A program made the position numbers and the translations under genes. From Gemmatimonadota bacterium (GTDB lineage: Bacteria > Gemmatimonadota > Gemmatimonadetes > Gemmatimonadales > GWC2-71-9): a DNA stretch of 64,000 nucleotides. The DNA lies in assembly GCA_031402225.1 (NCBI GenBank), contig JANNSD010000152.1, forward strand, positions 395 to 64,394, written 5' to 3'. Below are positions 58,945 through 64,000 of this stretch, in pieces. Position 1 is the stretch's first letter; every line of letters begins with the position of its first letter. The notes beneath the pieces were generated by a model. That model was not told the origin of the DNA. It made no database searches and worked only from the letters and a program-made list of their open reading frames with translations.

Positions 58945-59481
58945 ATGCCCCTCCCGACGATCCGTACCGAACGCCTGACCCTGACCGTCTTCACCCCGGA
59001 TGCGATTGACGCCCTGCTGGCCGGCAACGCGCTGCGCCTCAACGCGATTACCGCCAGCGCGTTTCCCTTGCCGCTGGCACCGCCTCCCCTCATGGAAGAC
59101 ATGCTGCCCGACCTGCGGGACCGGCTCCGCAAGGATCCGTCGCAGATCGGCTGGTGGAGCTGGGTGGTCACCCGGCGCGACACCGGCCAGGCGATCGGCT
59201 CCGTTGGGCTCGGCGGTCCACCCAACGCGGAGGGGACGGTCATCATTGGCTACGCGACCTACCCCGGCTTCGAGGGAAAGGGCTACGCCAGCGAGGCGGC
59301 CCAGGGGCTGCTGGAGTGGGCGCTCCAGCAGCCGGGCGTGGTGCGGGTGGCCGCCACCATCCCCCCGTGGAACGAGAAGTCGATCCGGATCGCGGAGCGG
59401 ATCGGTATGCACCGCATCGGCACGACCTGGGACGAAGAGGTGGGCGACGTCTACCTGTTTGCGGTCGAGCGACCACTATAA
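58945..59481 (+). CDS. GNAT acetyltransferase (RimJ/RimL-like)
   Basis: IRTERLTL, GKGYASEAA, NEKSIRIAERIG. Confidence 0.88.
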   Translation: MPLPTIRTERLTLTVFTPDAIDALLAGNALRLNAITASAFPLPLAPPPLMEDMLPDLRDRLRKDPSQIGWWSWVVTRRDTGQAIGSVGLGGPPNAEGTVIIGYATYPGFEGKGYASEAAQGLLEWALQQPGVVRVAATIPPWNEKSIRIAERIGMHRIGTTWDEEVGDVYLFAVERPL

Positions 59482-59554
59482 CCATCAAAATTGTTATTGA
59501 CAGTTACTAAATAACCAGTACATGATTAACCTTCTACTAATACTTTGAGGGTTA
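59479..59554 (+). promoter_or_regulatory. AT-rich promoter with two 28-bp TAACC...(A/G)GTTA dyad boxes
   Basis: 59479-59506 and 59527-59554; TTGACA lies inside box 1. Confidence 0.7.
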
Positions 59555-59556
59555 TC

Positions 59557-60144
59557 ATGTCAGAGATCCTCTGCATCGACTTCGTCAACACCGTCATCTG
59601 GGACGGGCCGGACATGATCCGCGGCGAACAGATCCGCGGATACGGCAATCTCCTCGATTGGGCGGGCGACCGGGGGGCGCTGGCTGAAGCTGAGGTGGAG
59701 GAGTTGAGGGAGGTGGCCGCCGCGGACGCCGATGCACGGCGTCGGGCCCTGGGCCGGGCGTGGGCCTTTCGTCGGGCCCTGCATGATTGCCTGAGGGCCG
59801 TGGCGCGACACGAGCCGCCGCCGGAGGCCGGCGTGGCACTCGTCAACGCGTCGATCGCCGAGGCGCCTGCCGCGTTCGTGCTTGCGCCAAGGGCCGACGG
59901 TATCGCGCTCACGATACCCGCCGGCCCTCACCCTGACCTGCTGCGCCCCATCCTGCGCTCCGCGCTGCACCTGTTCGCCTCGCCCGACCTCGCGCGCCTG
60001 CGTGAGTGTGATGCCGAACGCTGCGGCCGGCTCTATCTCGACTTCACCAGGAACCAGTCCCGCCGATGGTGCGACATGGGCACCTGCGGCAACCGCGCCA
60101 AGGCGCGGCGGCACCACGCGAAGCGGCGCGCGACGGCGGGCTAG
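59557..60144 (+). CDS. ABATE / CGNR zinc-finger domain protein
   Basis: LCIDFVNT; CDAERC...RRWCDMGTCGNRAK. Confidence 0.92.
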   Translation: MSEILCIDFVNTVIWDGPDMIRGEQIRGYGNLLDWAGDRGALAEAEVEELREVAAADADARRRALGRAWAFRRALHDCLRAVARHEPPPEAGVALVNASIAEAPAAFVLAPRADGIALTIPAGPHPDLLRPILRSALHLFASPDLARLRECDAERCGRLYLDFTRNQSRRWCDMGTCGNRAKARRHHAKRRATAG

Positions 60145-61520
60145 CCGCGGCCGTGGATGAGGCGCTTCAGCGTCGGCATCAGCGTGAAGAGGAGCACGCA
60201 GGCCGTGAACGACGTGACCACGAAGATCAGGAAGAAGTCGGCCTGCCCTCCCAGCAGCGTGAACACCTCGCCACGCGCCACCTTCTGGACCGTGCCGGCG
60301 AGGTAGCCGCCCGCCAGGTTCGCCGTGAAGTTGGAGAGGAACCAGACCCCCATCATCATGGACGCGATCTTGATCGGGGCCACCTTGGTCACGAATGACA
60401 ATCCCACCGGCGACACGAGCAGTTCACCGCAGGTGTGCAGGAAGTAGAGCGAGATGAGGAAGCCCGGGCTCGCCAGCCCGCCCAGGTCGGACACGCGCGC
60501 ACCGAGCACGATGACCAGGAAGCCGAGCCCGAGGAAGCACAATCCCCAGGCCATCTTCACGGGCGTGCTGGGCTGCCGCGATCCCATCTTCTTCCACAGC
60601 AGGGCGAACAGCGGCGCCAGCGTGACGATGAAGAAGGCGTTGACCGACTGGAACCAGGCGGCGGGTATCTCGCCGTTGGGCAGCACACCGCCGAGCCAGC
60701 CGCCGACGGCACGCTGGGTCTTCTGCTGGGCGAAGACGTTGAGGGACGAGCCCGCCTGCTCGAACGCGAGCCAGAAGAAGGCCACGAAGAACACCACGAT
60801 GAAGATGGCGAGGACGCGGTCCTTCTCTTCCTTCGTCAGCGGCTCGGCTGACGCCTTGCCACCGTCCGCCATGCGCATCTGGCCCATCGGTATCATGCCA
60901 GTGTCGCCGAGGTACCGCTGGCGCAGCAGCATGAAGCAGATCACGCCGAGCGTCATGCCGACACCGGCGGCGCCGAACCCCCAGGACCAGCCGTACTTCG
61001 GGTTGGCCGCCAGCCAGCCGCAGACCAGCGGACCCAGGAACGCGCCGCTGTTGATGCCGATGTAAAAGATCGTGAACCCGGCATCGCGCCGCGGATCGTG
61101 GTCCCGGTAGAGCTGCCCCACCAGCGTGGACACGTTCGCCTTGAAGAAGCCGGTGCCGACGATGATGAGGAGCAAGCCGAGGAAGAAGGTGACCCGCGTG
61201 TCGGCCGCCATGGTGAAGTGGCCGAGGGCGATCACGATGCCGCCGATGACAAGCGACCTCGCGGTGCCGAGGTAGCGGTCGGCGAGCCACCCGCCGATGA
61301 TCGGCGTCAGGTAGACGAGGCCGGTGTACCACCCGTAGAGCTGGCTCGCCTTTTCCTGCGTCCACCCGAAGCCCCCCGTCGTCGTATCGATGAGGAAGAG
61401 GATCAGCAGGGCCCGCATGCCGTAGTAGGAGAACCGCTCCCACATCTCGGTGAAGAACAGCAGCGCGAGCCCGCGCGGCTGCGTCGTGGGAAATGCGTCA
61501 GGCACGGTTGCGGCAGTCAC
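60141..61520 (-). CDS. POT/PTR family proton-dependent peptide transporter
   Basis: EMWERFSYYGM, GTGFFKAN, FYIGINSG, FEQAGS, GELLVSPVG. Confidence 0.93.
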   Translation of the reverse strand: MTAATVPDAFPTTQPRGLALLFFTEMWERFSYYGMRALLILFLIDTTTGGFGWTQEKASQLYGWYTGLVYLTPIIGGWLADRYLGTARSLVIGGIVIALGHFTMAADTRVTFFLGLLLIIVGTGFFKANVSTLVGQLYRDHDPRRDAGFTIFYIGINSGAFLGPLVCGWLAANPKYGWSWGFGAAGVGMTLGVICFMLLRQRYLGDTGMIPMGQMRMADGGKASAEPLTKEEKDRVLAIFIVVFFVAFFWLAFEQAGSSLNVFAQQKTQRAVGGWLGGVLPNGEIPAAWFQSVNAFFIVTLAPLFALLWKKMGSRQPSTPVKMAWGLCFLGLGFLVIVLGARVSDLGGLASPGFLISLYFLHTCGELLVSPVGLSFVTKVAPIKIASMMMGVWFLSNFTANLAGGYLAGTVQKVARGEVFTLLGGQADFFLIFVVTSFTACVLLFTLMPTLKRLIHGRG

Positions 61521-61552
61521 GGGAGCCTTGGGTAAGCGGTGGCCAGGGCAGG

Positions 61553-62581
61553 CTACGGATGCTTCGACAGGATGTCGGCCAGCACCACCTGATCGATCAA
61601 GCCGTCCATGCGCACACGGACGTCGTAGTTCTCCCAGTACATGAAATTGCGGAGCGCATCGAGAAAGGTCCGGTTCGCCGCGCCCTGTGGCTTCGCCAGC
61701 CATTTCTCCGGCTGATTCACGGGCTCGCGGAGCAGGATGGGCTCGAGTTGGGCCACGATGGCGGGCGTGATCACCACCAGGTCGGACGGCTGGCTGGAAA
61801 AGAAGAAGAGCACGTGCAGCGCGAGGAGTCGCTCGAGTTCGGCGATCGGATCAGCAGCGTCATAGACCCGGATATCGATGAAGCGATCGTTGGCGCCCAG
61901 GTAGCCGGCGTTCTTCCGCACCACCAGGAGCGCGGCCGACTGCATGCTCCGCTTGTCCCCGCCGCCAGCCTGGCCTGCCTTGAGCGCGGCCATGAGCCGC
62001 GTGCTGAGGTCGCCGGTCGTGCGCTCGAATGTCTCGGCCAGGTTTCGTACGGTCTGGTCGGACACCATGATGTTGGCCTGCGCCGCATAGCCGTGACCAA
62101 CGATGACCACACCCTTCCCGCCCAGCGTGCCGCCGGGCGACCCGGGCTTCCCCACCCGACCGCCAGCCCAATCGAAGGTCCTCGTTCCGGTAAAGCTTGC
62201 GGCGCCACCCCGTGCGTCGACCATGCCCACTTGCCGGTCCTGCAGCATGGTGTCCGAGCGCATCACGATGCGCATCGCCTCCTCCGCGCTCGCACCCGTG
62301 GCAATGAGTTCCAGGCCACGCTCGCCAAAGGCGGTGTTGCTCAGGCTCTGCGTCGCCACGGCGCCGACGCCGGCCCTGGCCCACGGCACGATGCCCCCGA
62401 CGTTGGGAAACTTCGACTCGACCGCGATCCCAAGATCTCCGGTCACCGAATCCCAGGCGACGATGCTGTAGGTGTGGGCGAGCTTGGCAAAGTGCGGGGG
62501 AGCAGTGACTGGCTGTTGCGCCGCGAGCAGCGCCGGAAGGAACAGCGTGACCAGGGAACAGGAAACGGGGAGCGGCCTCAT
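61553..62581 (-). CDS. DUF1028 family Ntn-hydrolase-like protein, secreted
   Basis: HTYSIVA, GAVATQ, RQVGMVD, GGDKR..QSAAL. Confidence 0.85.
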   Translation of the reverse strand: MRPLPVSCSLVTLFLPALLAAQQPVTAPPHFAKLAHTYSIVAWDSVTGDLGIAVESKFPNVGGIVPWARAGVGAVATQSLSNTAFGERGLELIATGASAEEAMRIVMRSDTMLQDRQVGMVDARGGAASFTGTRTFDWAGGRVGKPGSPGGTLGGKGVVIVGHGYAAQANIMVSDQTVRNLAETFERTTGDLSTRLMAALKAGQAGGGDKRSMQSAALLVVRKNAGYLGANDRFIDIRVYDAADPIAELERLLALHVLFFFSSQPSDLVVITPAIVAQLEPILLREPVNQPEKWLAKPQGAANRTFLDALRNFMYWENYDVRVRMDGLIDQVVLADILSKHP

Positions 62582-63135
62582 TCCTTCCCCATCTTCTTCT
62601 TGAGGAAGGCCAGCTGCTCGTCGACGGCGGCCTTGCGACGCGCCTGGTCCATCTCGGCTTCGAGGAGCGCGTCGGCCACATCCGTCTCCGGCCGGGCACC
62701 GCCTGCGCGCTCGAGGTCACGCCACGCATCGCGGACACTGTCTCCCGCGGCATCGCCTGGCGCCGCTCGGAGCGCTTCGGTCATTTCCGTCACCTCGCGC
62801 TCGGCCAGCATGAGTTCCTCCCGCTGCACGGTGATCCTCCGCTCAACCACGGCGAGCCGCTCGCGGTGCCGGGTGGCGAATTTCTCGGCCACCGCCACCG
62901 TCTCCAGGTCGCCGATGTCACCGGCCAGCTTGCCGCGGCGCTCGGCGTCGTCGGCCTGGCGTCGCTCCATCTCCAGCTGGCGCTCACTCGCGGTCAGGGC
63001 ATCGCGCATGGCGACCACCGCGACCTTGGCCTCGACGATGGCCGACCGGAGCGCACCCGCCTGGGCCCGCCGGTCGGCGGGTGGCGTGGCATCGGCAAAA
63101 AAGCGCTCCATACGTGCCTTGAGGCCCTCGAACAT
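62578..63135 (-). CDS. PspA/IM30-like coiled-coil protein
   Basis: Coiled coil; AERRGKLA...; C-terminal VDEQLAFLKKKMG. Confidence 0.55.
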   Translation of the reverse strand: MFEGLKARMERFFADATPPADRRAQAGALRSAIVEAKVAVVAMRDALTASERQLEMERRQADDAERRGKLAGDIGDLETVAVAEKFATRHRERLAVVERRITVQREELMLAEREVTEMTEALRAAPGDAAGDSVRDAWRDLERAGGARPETDVADALLEAEMDQARRKAAVDEQLAFLKKKMGKE

Positions 63136-63249
63136 GGTGGCTCCTGTTGCGCTGGAGTGCGCAGGACGCGGAACACTAGGCCCCGGGACTTGAGCGCGTC
63201 AAGCGACCACGTGCTGCCGTGGCCCGTCGGCCGTCGTATCTTGCAGGCG

Positions 63250-63909
63250 ATGCGAATCCTGCGGCCGCAACCACGCTCCCGCTTCATCCTGCTTGTCTTC
63301 CTGACCGTCGCCCCTGCCGTGGCGGCAGCGCAGCGGGACCGGACGGTGGTCGGCGGCCAGGTGGGCTATGCCCGCAGCTGGATCTCCACCAACAACGACA
63401 GCCTGAATGCGCTGTCGGAGGATCGACAGGGAGCCTCGGTCGGCCTGTTCCTGCGCACGCGAGTGTTCAAGGCGGTCTCGCTGCAGCCCGAAATCGACCT
63501 GACGATCAAGGGCGGGACCTTCCCGCTGCCGGGCACGCCGCCCGGGTCCAGCACCACGCTCGAGTTCGGGTACCTGCAAGTGCCCCTTCTCGTGCGATTC
63601 GCGCCGAGCCTGAACGGCCGCGGTCGCGGCATCCGGCCAGTGGTGTTTGCCGGCGTAAGCGCCGGCTTTGACCTGGGTTGCAGTGTTACCACGTCGAATC
63701 CGGTGGACTCCCTGGCGGTCTCCGGGTGCGACGAGGCCTTCCGTTCCGCCGAGTGGGGCTGGCTCGTGGGCGGCGGGGTGCAATGGAATCTGCAGGGGGT
63801 AAGCCTGGGCCTGGAGGCGCGCTACATGAAGGCCTTCAACAGCTTCCTGGATTCGCCACTGGAGCCGAAGAACAACCTGTTCGCGATCCTGCTCGTCCTC
63901 ACCATCTAG
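63250..63909 (+). CDS. Outer-membrane beta-barrel (porin-family) protein
   Basis: Signal peptide; LQPEI...KG, YLQVPLL, LEARY. Confidence 0.75.
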   Translation: MRILRPQPRSRFILLVFLTVAPAVAAAQRDRTVVGGQVGYARSWISTNNDSLNALSEDRQGASVGLFLRTRVFKAVSLQPEIDLTIKGGTFPLPGTPPGSSTTLEFGYLQVPLLVRFAPSLNGRGRGIRPVVFAGVSAGFDLGCSVTTSNPVDSLAVSGCDEAFRSAEWGWLVGGGVQWNLQGVSLGLEARYMKAFNSFLDSPLEPKNNLFAILLVLTI

Positions 63910-63934
63910 CGGCATGTTCCGGGAGAACCACGTC

Positions 63935-64000
63935 ATGCGCCGGATCCTGTTGGCAACGCTCCTGGTTTCGTCCGCCTGCACCGGACGCGGCGACGGCCGC
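63935..64000 (+). CDS. Probable lipoprotein, 3'-truncated by the window edge
   Basis: GGAGA RBS; MRRILLATLLVSSAC lipobox-like start. Confidence 0.5.
   Translation, partial: MRRILLATLLVSSACTGRGDGR

Noticed and set aside
61493-63193. Long opposite-strand ORFs (e.g. 61493-63193, 348-1832, 7265-8737, 34147-35736, 37685-39178)
   Set aside because: Shadow ORFs typical of high-GC DNA, overlapping well-supported genes and lacking motifs.

Overview
High-GC, gene-dense chromosomal segment made mostly of housekeeping genes. Gene content suggests a Gemmatimonadota-like bacterium (inference: Ser/Thr kinase-TolB fusion, Ig-like lipoproteins, PEP-CTERM protein, DUF4097). Recognisable genes include ligA, tldD/tldE, an acyl-CoA ligase, PTPS-folE-SDR, a nurA-herA-mre11-rad50 operon, HU, tdk, coaE, gcvH/gcvP, a dpp/opp ABC operon, msrA, mscL and cydAB. 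I saw no tRNA, rRNA, CRISPR array or transposase. The most unusual signal is non-coding. A family of 8-bp tandem repeats, (GACGTGAG)n, occurs as 9 arrays at 6 loci, nearly always fused to a stop or start codon. At two loci the arrays form empty inward-facing inverted pairs. At a third, the same inverted pair encloses a single four-helix-bundle (23S-IVP/Avd-like) gene inserted between tdk and coaE, which looks like a repeat-bounded mobile cassette with non-autonomous derivatives. Other highlights are a probable 6S RNA, a candidate riboswitch-like leader in front of a eukaryote-type BH4 operon, and a motif-dead DEAD-box helicase.
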